A DNA stretch of 64,000 nucleotides from Mytilus edulis. Taxonomy: Eukaryota. Shown here one piece after another: positions 24,773 to 35,326 of this stretch (positions within the stretch are counted from its first letter, which is position 1; the number at the start of each line of letters is the position of its first letter). The position numbers and the translations under genes are program-made. Under the pieces are notes generated by a model. The model had not been told where the DNA came from, did not search any database, and saw nothing but the letters and a program-made list of their open reading frames with translations. The stretch spans positions 70,514,935-70,578,934 of the forward strand of contig NC_092347.1 of NCBI RefSeq assembly GCF_963676685.1, in the 5' to 3' direction.

Positions 24773-26399
24773 TTTTTTTTTCTTTCATGGCCGCATTCTG
24801 CCACCGTACATATCTGTTGCAATAATCTTCATCAAAAGATTTTAAGAATTGTTGATGACAAAATAAATTGATTTACTGTAAAGTTCAAAACTTCAAACAA
24901 TGACGATTATGACTGCGTAGTACGGTAGATCTGGTGGGATTTTTTTCTTCAGAAAAACATCATAAGGGGGGCTAAAAAAAATGGGCCAACTATTTGATTT
25001 TCACGGTAAGGGGCAGGAATATTAAAAAATAATTATTACTTTGACCTGGTAAGAACTAAAAAAAAAATGACTTGGCATGAAGATGAGACAAAAATAAATT
25101 GAACTATCATGTTAAAATTTATAAGTTATAGTTACTCTGATTTTTATTTTTGAAAAAGTTTCCAAGTGATAGATGCTAATTGTTCATTCAGTGCTTCTGT
25201 TTTTTAAAGGTCATTTTCTGCAAGGGCTGTTTGTAGTGGAAGTATTTTTTTTTCAAAGCTGCAAGTTATGTATTTCCAAAACAGGTGCTACTTTCTGTAT
25301 TATCTGCTATCATATTTTCGACATATTTGTTGTGTGCTTTTGTTATATTGAACGACAAATTTATGTGACGTATATAATTTTTCTGACGTCAGACACTCAA
25401 ATCAATCCATGTGTTCGTAGATAGTAGATGTTTTTGTGTCCTGTTAAGTTGTTATACGATGATGACTGATGTACCCATATTTTGACTATTTTATTAATTG
25501 TGACTGTTTATTTAACGCATCATGTAAATGTAGCGGAATTTGATGAGACTGTTATTAAAGTGAGACTGAGGGTTAGCGCTATAGAACCAGGTTTAATCCA
25601 CCATTTTCTACATTTGAAAATGCCTGTACCAAGTCAGGAATATGACAGTTCTTGTCCATTCGTTTTTGATGCGTTTTGTTTTTTGATTTTGCCATGCGAT
25701 TATGGACTTTTCAAATTGATTTTCCTCTGAGTTCAGTATTTTTGTGATTTTACTTTTTGTTATATCACTCTCTATTGATTTCGCCAGTTCTCATCATATT
25801 CCCCCCTGATATTCCACCAAAAACCGCTTCTTTCCGTTTCCGTTTCCGTTCCGCATTCCGTTTCCGCCGTTTAGCAACACCCCTTTCCCATTCTCAATTT
25901 GTAACAAAAAAATCAGCACTCAGCAACGGATGTTAAGTCCTCAATGCTCTTAAACATAGTAAATTATTTGGTCTGCTTAATTTTTTGGCTTCGAGAATCA
26001 CTGACGAGTCTTTTGTGGACAAAACGCTCGTCTGGCTTTCAAAATTATAAGACTGATGTCTTTGTTGACGTTGCAGGTGCGCTTGACTCCAATCTTAATT
26101 AAATAAGATAGTCAAGTTTTCAGACCGAAGGTTGGCGATTCTCTCCGACACTCCGTCTTCCTCCACAAATAAAACTGACGACCATGAAATAGCACAACTG
26201 TGCTGAAAGAAGCATTAAACACCAATCAATCAATCATAGAAATGATAATACTATTATTTTTTTATTCATAATTTTTATAAGAAGAAGAAGCTTCATTTCT
26301 TTATTGAATATTTCATTAAAGAGACTTCGTAGGTTCTGGTTTCTAAGACAAATAAAAAATTCTTTCAATCATCATTCACAGTTTGTCTCAGGTTGAACT

Positions 26400-26590
26400 G
26401 AGGCGTATTTCCTTATACCCACACCCAGATAACACTTCCAATATCTGGTGTGGTGTTGAGAGAGCTGTAGCTATTGAAAATCAAGCACTGTTCAGTTTTA
26501 AATACAAAGGCTGTACAATCGGTTCCGTGATGTAGACATAAGTAAGCACAGTAAATCTTTGTTTTGGAATACTCGGTTAGATAAGGAAGA
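26400..26590 (-). CDS. Possible exon encoding a PAN/apple-like Cys pattern
   Basis: Minus-strand frame ...KIYCAYLCLHHGTDCTAFVFKTEQCLIFNSYSSLNTTPDIGSVIWVW, with C..C....C.aF.f....C.L spacing. No splice sites defined. Confidence 0.25.
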
Positions 26591-26904
26591 GTAGTTGGTA
26601 AGGAATCTGTCTTGTCAATATGAAAATACCTCGAACCTGTTAAATATTAAAAATACCATATTTAGGTGGATAATGTAGTAAATATTTCTATCGGAAAACA
26701 ACTGTAGTTCATACAAAATATAAACTCTTCACAAATGTTTTTTTCTTTCTATGTATTCCCCTTCTTTATTAAACTTATAGTGAACATAAAAATAATTAAC
26801 CATCTAAAAATATTCTAAATATATTCTATAGTGACTATTAATTATATAAACCAATAATTTAACACTTTCAAAAGGAAAAGATGCAAAATAAAACATATAA
26901 CAAC

Positions 26905-27200
26905 AAGAATGTGTCCCCAGTACACGAATGCCCCACTCGCACTATCATTTTCTATGTTCAGTGGACCGTGAAATTGGGGTAAAATCTCTAATTTAGCATT
27001 AAAATTCAAAAGATCATATCATAGGAAACATGTGTACTAAGTTTGAAGTCGATTGGACTTCAACTTCATCAAAAACTACCTTGATCAAAAACTTTAACCT
27101 GAAGCAAGACAGACGGACGGACGACCGACCGAATGAACGGACGCACAGACCAGAAAACATAATGCCCCTCTACTATCGTAGGTTGGGCATAAAAATATCC
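26905..27200 (+). repeat. MITE family A, copy 2
   Basis: gtgtccccagtacacgaatgccccactcgcactatcattttctatgttcagtggaccgtgaaa...(gacg/gacc)n...cataatgcccctctactatcgtaggttgggcat. Confidence 0.7.
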
Positions 27201-27886
27201 ACAATCTTGTTGACTCCTTGTTTTGTCATCTCTTTATTTTTCCTCCCGTGGAATGTTAAGGTTGTATGTTATTTTACTTACTGTTTGTACCACCAACATG
27301 CCATTGGCCAGTATTTCCCGTCGGTGTGCTTACTCCTGCTGTTAAACCTTCAACTATATCTTGGGATATGGGATAATGGTTTGCCGTTGGATCTATTGTA
27401 ATTATATATTTTATCATATGTGATGTATGTCTTATAATCGGATAGATATGATGATGATAAAGGGTTAATTTAACGAAGTAGTAGTCTAACTAAATGGTTA
27501 AAACAATTTTTATTTATCCCAACACACGGCCCCCACACTCACCTATATTCTTGACTCCACAAAATTATCATATTACAAAGTTTATCTAGTGTAGATTCTC
27601 GTTTTTCACATTTATGGTAAAATGAGGAAACCTCATACATATTCGTACAAAAAAAGCACCCACACTCAAACATGAGAATATCAGTTTCATTGTTAATTCA
27701 GCTTTTAATATCCATATGTAAACATAGAATATTCTCGCTTCAAAAAAATCAAAATTGAAACACTCGATAAGGTCGACGAAGGTTTTATCTACACACAAAA
27801 AAATCATATTTGTGACAATAAGTATAGCTATACTATATTTATATTTTTTCTTTAAATTTCTTTTTTGAAACCATCATTTTGATATA

Positions 27887-28115
27887 TCAAGAAAAAACAT
27901 ACATACATTGACAAAGAAATAGACTGGTTTCCGTCGCTGCTCTATTATCCCAATCAAAGCCTTTAGTGTAAACAAGTTTAACACGTTGGTTTATAGCATA
28001 TGATGTAGGTTCTCCATAAATCCATGCAGCTTCCGTTAGATCTGTTCCATCATTCCATTTGAATGAAATTCCATCTGCTGACGTCAGTCCAATCCAGAAA
28101 TCGTTATTAACATCC
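27887..28115 (-). CDS. C-type lectin gene L1, terminal exon encoding the C-terminal half of the lectin domain
   Basis: Acceptor tgttacag|G. Frame gives (M)DVNNDFWIGLTSADGISFKWNDGTDLTEAAWIYGEPTSYAINQRVKLVYTKGFDWDNRAATETSLFLCQCMYVFS* with WIGL...W.DG....W..GEP...W.D..C motifs. The phase (2+1) matches the upstream exon. Confidence 0.6.
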
Positions 28116-28850
28116 CTGTAACATATATAGAAATCGTTATTATTGTCCCTGTAACATATTTAGAAATCGTTATTATTGTCCCTGTAACATTTTTTGAAAT
28201 CGTTATTATTGTTCCTGTAATATATTTAGAAATTGTGAGTATTGTCCCTGTAACATGTTTAGAAATCGTGATTATTGTCCCTGCAACATATTTATAAATC
28301 GTTATTATTGTCCCTTTAACATTTTTAGAAATCGTTATTATTGTCCCTGCAACATATTTAGAAATCGTTATTATTGTCCCTGTAACATACTTAGAAATCG
28401 TTATTATTGTCCCTGTAACATACTTAGAAATCATTAGTAATGTCCCTGTCAAATATTTAGAAATCGTTATTATTGTCCCTGCAACATATTTAGAAATCGT
28501 TAGTATTGTCCCCTGTAACATATTTAAAAATCGTTGCTTTTGTCCCTGCAACATATTTAGAAATTTTTATTATTGTCCCTGTAACATATTTACAAAATCG
28601 TTACTATTGTCCTTGTAACATATTCAGAATCGTTATTATTGTCCCTGTAACATATTTAGAAATCGTTAAAATTGTCCTTGTAACATATTTAGAAAACGTT
28701 ATTATTTTCCCTGTAACATATTCAGAAATCGTTATTATTGTCCCTGTAAAATATTTAGAAATCGTTATTATTGTTCCTGAAACATGTTTAGAAATCATTA
28801 TTATTGTTCCTGTAACATATTTTCAAAGACCATTTCAACTGGCAAGAACT
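28116..28850 (-). repeat. 33-bp satellite of about 22 units inside the L1 intron; the unit resembles the 3' splice site plus exon start
   Basis: Minus-strand unit GGACAATAATAACGATTTCTAAATATGTTACAG repeated. The true junction reads tgttacag|GGATGTTAATAACGATTTCTGG. Confidence 0.8.
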
Positions 28851-29585
28851 AAAAAGATAATCGTTATATAAAAAATGACCAGATTTGGTAGTCTTCTCGG
28901 AGTGCGAATTGAGTAATTTTAAATGATTTCCGTTCAATTCCATTGTCACATCAGTAAATATCAGAAAGAAGAAGTAGTATAATTGTCAATGAGACAACTC
29001 TCCACAAGAGTCCAAATGACATAGAAATTGGTAGCCCATAACGCACCTATAGTCAGATATAAATTTAAAAGGCCACAAAATCACAAATGTAAAACAACTC
29101 AAATGGGAAAAATGGCCTGATTTATGTTAAAAAAATGAACGAAAAACAAATATTTTTGTATGTAACACCACAACTACTGAATTACAGGTTCCTGACTTGG
29201 GAGCAATTACACAAGGATTTAAGAATAGCAAGTGGAATTAGTTAGTCCAGTTACCCAGTTACTTATATATATACTGAACAGTAGAATTAGTGATTATTTC
29301 TGCACTGAGGCAACGAAGCAGCATATTGTCTCGATTATCATAGTGTAGGGAGTGTATGCGTACAATTTAAGTATTTCCAAAGGATTTCCCCTTAATAAGG
29401 AGTGTTTACTTACAATTAGAGTGTAGAAATGGGAGAGAAATAATTATTCTAATTCCCTTTGAGATATAATAAATTTTAGAAGAACAGTTACGACATGTTT
29501 AAAAAAAAAACCCAGATTAGTTTCTGTTACATTATCAAGTGTATCTAAAAAGGTAGATTCTGATTTCAGTATTTCTATTACTTAC

Positions 29586-29724
29586 ATTCCCTGGTAGACA
29601 ATAGCATTCTTGGCAACTGTAAACATTTCATTTGTGGGTAGCATGGCCAGCTCTAAAGCATTCATTTCACAATCCTGTTTAGCAGTTTGATAATCAACGG
29701 AGTAACTCATCGGCATATAATTAT
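29586..29724 (-). CDS. C-type lectin gene L1, exon encoding the N-terminal half of the lectin domain
   Basis: (D)NYMPMSYSVDYQTAKQDCEMNALELAMLPTNEMFTVAKNAIVYQG, with a WxEAxxxCxxxGAxLA-type pattern. Acceptor ...ctgaatgtag and donor GGAAT|GTAAGT. Confidence 0.55.
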
Positions 29725-30731
29725 CTACATTCAGAAATAAGAGACTTTTGTAAGAAACTCAATGAAACAACATACAGACAATACATTATACTTTGTAAAG
29801 CAGTAGGACAAGACTCTGGATTAATTAGCACACACGTTGACGGATTCCTTTCAAGAATTCAAAGTATATAACACCTTGGTGTGCGTACTGTTTGGTTTAG
29901 GCAACATGTAACAACTATGCATTTTTATGTACATGTATTCAAATTAAAAAAAAAATGTTCCTAGAAGGATATAAACAAATCGAATATTATATTAAAATTT
30001 CCCGGCATACATACATGTATAAGCTTAATAATTTTTTGACTTTGTGGAAAATTGAGAATATAAAAATATAACAGGCTATATGTATTTACAAACCGTTGAG
30101 TCTTATGATTATTTACTTTCCAATATTGACAATTCTAAAACATTCAAATATTAAAGTTGTAAAACGTGCGTTATATTTGAATAAAGAAGAACAAAACATT
30201 ACAGTTTTTGTCCATTCGTTTTTGATGTGTTTTGTTATTTTGATTTTGCCATGTGAATATGGACTTTCCAATTCGATTTTTCTCTAAGTTCAGTATTTTT
30301 GTGATTTTACTTTTTACACGTAATTAATTTCATACTATTTTACTTCTGATTCGAATGTATGAGAATTAAATTTCCCCATAAGTTTTTGGAGTATTCGAAC
30401 AGATCAATTTGAAATACCATTTGATTTGTATGGGGGGCTAGGATGAGAAATGTTGTCCTGCATTTTTTTTTAGTTGTTATCTCTGTTCTGCCTTTTTATT
30501 TTTCACTCTTTTCGGTCCTGCATTTTTTTCTTAGTTTATCCTGACTTTTTTACATAAATTGTCATCCTGCCTTTTTTTTTTGCAAATTTGCTCCTCCTGC
30601 CTTTTTAAACTTAAAATTGCCATTTTCAAATTTCATTCTAGCCACCCCCGCCCCCATAAAATAAAATGGTATCTGTCTTAACAAAAAAGCTCAAAATTCT
30701 ACAACATCATGTATAATGACTGAAGTTCATC

Positions 30732-30963
30732 TTAAACCTGTAACAACTTACGTTGACATAACGCATGAGGCAGTCTGGTAGATTTAGTTTTTGACACCCA
30801 CGTACCATCGACCTTGTCCACCGCTATAGAGACGTTTGCAGCCGGATTGGGAACAGTGTGACCTGGTTTCCAGTCTGTATAAACCACACTTTCTAACATG
30901 TTTTGCCAGGTTAGATATGCTCCATTGCCATACAAACCTATCCATATGTCACCAGTCAGAGTT
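30732..30963 (-). CDS. C-type lectin gene L2, terminal exon (C-terminal half)
   Basis: gtgttag|AACTCTGAC... gives (E)TLTGDIWIGLYGNGAYLTWQNMLESVVYTDWKPGHTVPNPAANVSIAVDKVDGTWVSKTKSTRLPHALCQRKLLQV*. Confidence 0.6.
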
Positions 30964-31705
30964 CTAACACAAACAAACATAGTTTACTTATACATTGCAG
31001 GTTAATCTAGTTTCAGTGCCACCACAAACACAATATGCTTAAAACTTTCACAATGATTATTTCAGGAAATACAGTTAACTGTTTCATATCTCATGTGGCA
31101 CAGAGAAACTTTTCATTGTCTGCTGCAAACTCTATCTTTAAATAAACTTATATAATATACAAAAGCTAATTTTGTGTCTTATATGCGTTTTTTTAATTAA
31201 TTTCTCGTGACGCACCACTTCAAATACTATCAATCCTTTGATAAATAAAACAAAAATAAAATAAAAATGCAAATTCAACTGAAGAGCGTCTAGGAATTTT
31301 TAATCAATAAATATAATATCTTAGCTGTATTCCGATTAACTTTTCAAAAATGTTGGCCCTTAATGCTCTTCGTACTTTATTTGAACTTTTGAGTTATTAT
31401 TCTAGCAGGCACTGCATGATGAATCTTTTTCAACAAAATGCGCGTCTTTAGTACAAAATTATAAGCCAGGGTCCGAAGCTACCAAAAGACATGTCATAAG
31501 ATGTATCTTAGGACATATCTAATGATTCTCTTATGACTATCCTAGGACATATATCAGACCTCGCCTCGAAGCTGTCCTAGGATGATCTTAGCAAAGATAT
31601 TCTAAAACTGCTGCAAGTACTTTAAATTTTCAAATATTAACATAGATTTATGGAAAACAATCATGTGAATGTAGTGTTGACTGATCTTAACTTGAAAATA
31701 CATAC

Positions 31706-31850
31706 TCATAAGTTATGAAATCTTTTAAAAACGTAACGGCAACTGGGTTAGAAAACACAGCTAATTGTCCACCTAAGTTATAACATTCCTGTGAGGCTTC
31801 GTAATAGTTGTAATCTCCATGGATAAATGTCACGTCTGGATGAGGAGGTG
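31706..31850 (-). CDS. C-type lectin gene L2, N-terminal-half exon
   Basis: ttttgcag|CACCTCC... gives APPHPDVTFIHGDYNYYEASQECYNLGGQLAVFSNPVAVTFLKDFITY(E). Donor GA|GTATGT. Length 145 nt, phase 1 in and 2 out. Confidence 0.55.
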
Positions 31851-32165
31851 CTGCAAAACAACAGTATACAAGTAGAATATAGATAGGGTGACTAGATGAG
31901 GGAATCCTTTAATCGACAATATGCTTTAAAATTCTCAAAGAAAATAGTCGAGCGGATCTGGTTATCAAAATGATGATTAATAGTTTTTATCAACTTGTAA
32001 TGGAATTTAAATTTGAATGACATATAGTGTAACAAAAGACTGTATCCACTTTCAAATATAAATAAAAATTTAACACAAAACTGAACACTAAAACATGATT
32101 GTGAAAGAAAAGAGTTACATGAAAAAATATCTAGAAAATAGAATTTGGAAACATGTACGTTTCTA

Positions 32166-32385
32166 CTAAACATATATACAGTGATACACACCAAAACATA
32201 GAGGTCGATTAAGTTCCGTGTAGGCGCCCGTATTCCACAATACATAAGCATAAGCCTGGCTAAACTTTCCAAATTCCAATAGTGGTTCGAGGGCTGCCCA
32301 TGAATCATAGTCCAATGTTTTGCCATCATCCCAATGACAAAGTTGGTTTGTACAAGATACAGACATCCATACATCATCGAAAATG
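32166..32385 (-). CDS. C-type lectin gene L3, terminal exon (divergent C-terminal half)
   Basis: tttttttaacag|G gives (E)GIFDDVWMSVSCTNQLCHWDDGKTLDYDSWAALEPLLEFGKFSQAYAYVLWNTGAYTELNRPLCFGVYHCIYV*. The phase is compatible with the 35185-35326 exon. The lectin-domain consensus is partly degenerate. Confidence 0.4.
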
Positions 32386-32559
32386 CCCCTGTTAAAAAAA
32401 TACATATATGTATCAAAATTTGTTTTTGTCCCGGCCGATAAAGCTGCTAATAATATTATTATTGTTTGACGTAAATTTTACATTGAGGTTCTGAAAAAGG
32501 AAATCACCAATTCACCAACATTCCAACTGACTCCATTTTCAGAAAACGAAATCTGTAAC

Positions 32560-34560
32560 AAACATAAACTTTTAGCCACCGCTTTACAAGCAGAGCCAAA
32601 TACAATGAAAGTCTTAACTATGTATTGGCTTCCGAAGCTACACAAAACCCCTTACAAATATAGATTTATTTCGTCTTCAAGCCATTGTTCAACTACTAAA
32701 TTGTCTATTCTTCTTACCAGCACACTTGGTACAATTAAAAACCTGATAATAAATTGTTCAAATAAGGCCTTCGAAAATAGTGGAATAAATTACTTTTGGA
32801 GTGTCAAGAACTCGTTGGAAGTACTTGATAAATTGCATGCTTATATTGGTGATTTTGAATCAGTTCAAAGTTTTGATTTTTCTACCCTGTATACCACATT
32901 GCCTCATATTCTCATTAAGAAAAAATTCACACACCTAATTAAATGGGCATTCAAAAAAATCAGAATGTGAATATATATGTTCAAACTCTTTTAGGTCATT
33001 TCTTAGTAGCAATAAACAAAAAAAACTATGTTAATTGGACATGCTTTGATACTATATATGCCCTTGAATTTTTACTAGATAACATTTTTGTTCGCTTTGG
33101 GGATTCCGTATATCGTCAGATTATCGGAATTCCAATGGGGACTAACTGTGCACCACTTATTGCGGACCTGTTTTTGTATTGTTATGAGTTACAATTTATG
33201 ACAAAAATAAGCAAAGACCCATCGAAACAACATCTGATAAACAAATTTAATAATACTTTTAGATATTTGGATGATATTTTGGCTCTCAATAATGACGACT
33301 TCAGTATGTATATTAATGAAATTTATCCTGTTGAACTTACTTTAAATAAAGCTAATACTAACAATGACCACTGCCCTTTTCTCGATCTTGATATCTATAT
33401 CACTAATGGAAAGCTGAATACTAAAATTTATGATAAAAGGGATGATTTTTCATTTCCTATCGTTAATTATCCGTTTTTAGATGGTGACGTTCCCTTGTCA
33501 CCATCTTACGGTGTTTATATATCTCAACTTGTACGATTCGCTCGTGTATGTAACAATGTTTTAGATTTTAACGAGAGAAATTTATGTATTACTGAAAAAT
33601 TATTACACCAGGGTTTTCGATATCACAAACTAGTCAAAACATTTACTAAATTTTATCATCGGTATAAATACATCATTCGTAATTATAGCTCAACATGCAG
33701 ACTTCTAATACGTTCAGGTATTTCACATCCAATTTTTTTATGGAAATATTCTTTATAAAGCACAAAGGTGTCAGTATTCACCTCAGAAACTTACAAAACC
33801 TTTGAATAGACTTATTAAGAAGGGATATAATTACGATACTGTTGTCAAGTCATTAAAGATTGCATATTTTGGCGTTAATATTGACTCACTGATAAGGTCT
33901 TTGCATCGGAACTAAACACATTTATTCTAAAAACAGTTGTTGGCATGACACGGGTTATGTTCTTCTCATATATGTTATGATGGTATGATACTAAACCCCT
34001 AACGGGAAGGATTGTGCCTGATGTTCATATGATGAAATCATAATCTTTCAGTCAGTTTAATTGAAGTCTGGAGCTGGCATGTCAGTTAACTGCTAGTAGT
34101 CTGTTGTTATTTATGTATTATTGTCATTTTGTTTATTTTCTTTGGTTACATCTTCTGACATCAGACTCGGACTTCTCTTGAACTGAATTTTAATGTGCGT
34201 ATTGTTATGCGTTTACTTTTCTACATTTGTTAGAGGTATAGGGGGAGGGTTGAGATCTCACAAACATGTTTAACACGCCGCATTTATGCGCCTGTCCCAA
34301 GTCAGGAGCCTCTGGCCTTTGTTAGTCTTGTATTATTTTAATTTTAGTTTCTTGTGTACAATTTGGAAATTAGTATGGCGTTCATTATCACTGGACTAGT
34401 ATATATTTGTTTAGGGGCCAGCTGAAGGACGCCTCCGGGTGCGGGAATTTCTCGCTACATTGAAGACCTGTTGGTGACCCTCTGCTGTTGTTTTTTTATT
34501 TGGTCGGGTTGTTGTCTCTTTGACACATTTCCCATTTCCATTCTCAATTTTATTATCAAT
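32560..34560 (+). mobile_element. Penelope-like retroelement (RT ORF with one frameshift, plus an about 700-bp tail), sitting in the L3 intron
   Basis: ORFs 32605-32970 and 32943-33758: MYWLPKLHK (PLE-type PKxHK motif), FDFSTLYTTLPH, GIPMGTNCAPLIADLFL and FRYLDDIL (YxDD). The tail 33810-34560 recurs at 10280-10960. Confidence 0.55.
32605..33758 (+). CDS. Reverse transcriptase (Penelope-like), frameshifted around 32950
   Basis: RT motifs as above; two overlapping frames. Confidence 0.55.
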
Positions 34561-35184
34561 ATAACTATACCAAAGATATGCTTACAGATTAAAACTTTTT
34601 TTATACATTTATGTTTTATTATGTTTAAATTGTTCAGCGAATATTGTCGATACTTAGAATGCAATAACTGCGACTATTTTGTATTTTACCAGTTGTAGGT
34701 GTTATCAGTGGCGGATTCCTGCCTTGATAGTGAGTAGACGACTGGGCGTTCACCTCTATTCTAGACGGCTAATGCTTGTAAATATCTTTTTAGGATTTAA
34801 ATGATTTTAGCACATAATAGTTCAATAAAATGGAGACTCACTCCGCATGGCACTATTTTTTTTTAATACTTTTGACCAAAGAGCAGCCGGACAATGAGTA
34901 TTTAGTTCGAATTAGGGATACGAATTTGACAGCTAATGTCCCAAGAAATGTGTACATTATATTTTCAAAATTAATTACAAATCATGTAAACTCGTACAAA
35001 TGGAAAATGGAAAAATCGTTGTTATACGTTATCACAAAAACACAAATCGCTGGGTTAAATCGGTCTAGTTTTAGCTGAATGTTAACAACTTTTAAAAAAG
35101 TAGTGATATTTAATAGAAAGGTTGAACATTTTGCAACCAGAGATTTTCCTTTCCCCTTTGCTAGCTACTAGACTATATACTTAC

Positions 35185-35326
35185 TCAGACGTGATGAATT
35201 GTGCTGCCATATTGTTCATTTGATCGTTGTTGATTTTTACCAGTTTCATTCCAATGTTTATACAGTAATCTAATGAATCATAATAATTCAAAGTGGATGG
35301 TCCTAGATAGAAATATGGACTGAAAC
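35185..35326 (-). CDS. C-type lectin gene L3, N-terminal-half exon
   Basis: ttttctgcag|GTTTCAG... gives (G)FSPYFYLGPSTLNYYDSLDYCINIGMKLVKINNDQMNNMAAQFITS(E). Donor CTGA|GTAAGT. Length 142 nt. Confidence 0.55.

Larger units (their letters stand above)
22573..24808. mobile_element. Foldback-type DNA element: long inverted arms built from about 21-bp tandem subrepeats, flanked by a 7-bp target-site duplication
   Basis: Outer ends acggtggcagaatgcggccatgaaag... and ...ctttcatggccgcattctgccaccgt are perfect inverted repeats. Arms 22615-23160 and 24412-24772 are arrays of gttccctcaagata[ct]tatgtc / atcttgagggaac. Flanks catatct|element|acatatct. Confidence 0.7.

Noticed and set aside
28084-28871. 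ORFs of 60-156 aa on both strands (TISKYVTGTII... and NRYYCPCNIF...)
   Set aside because: These are translation artefacts of the 33-bp satellite, periodic in 11 codons.
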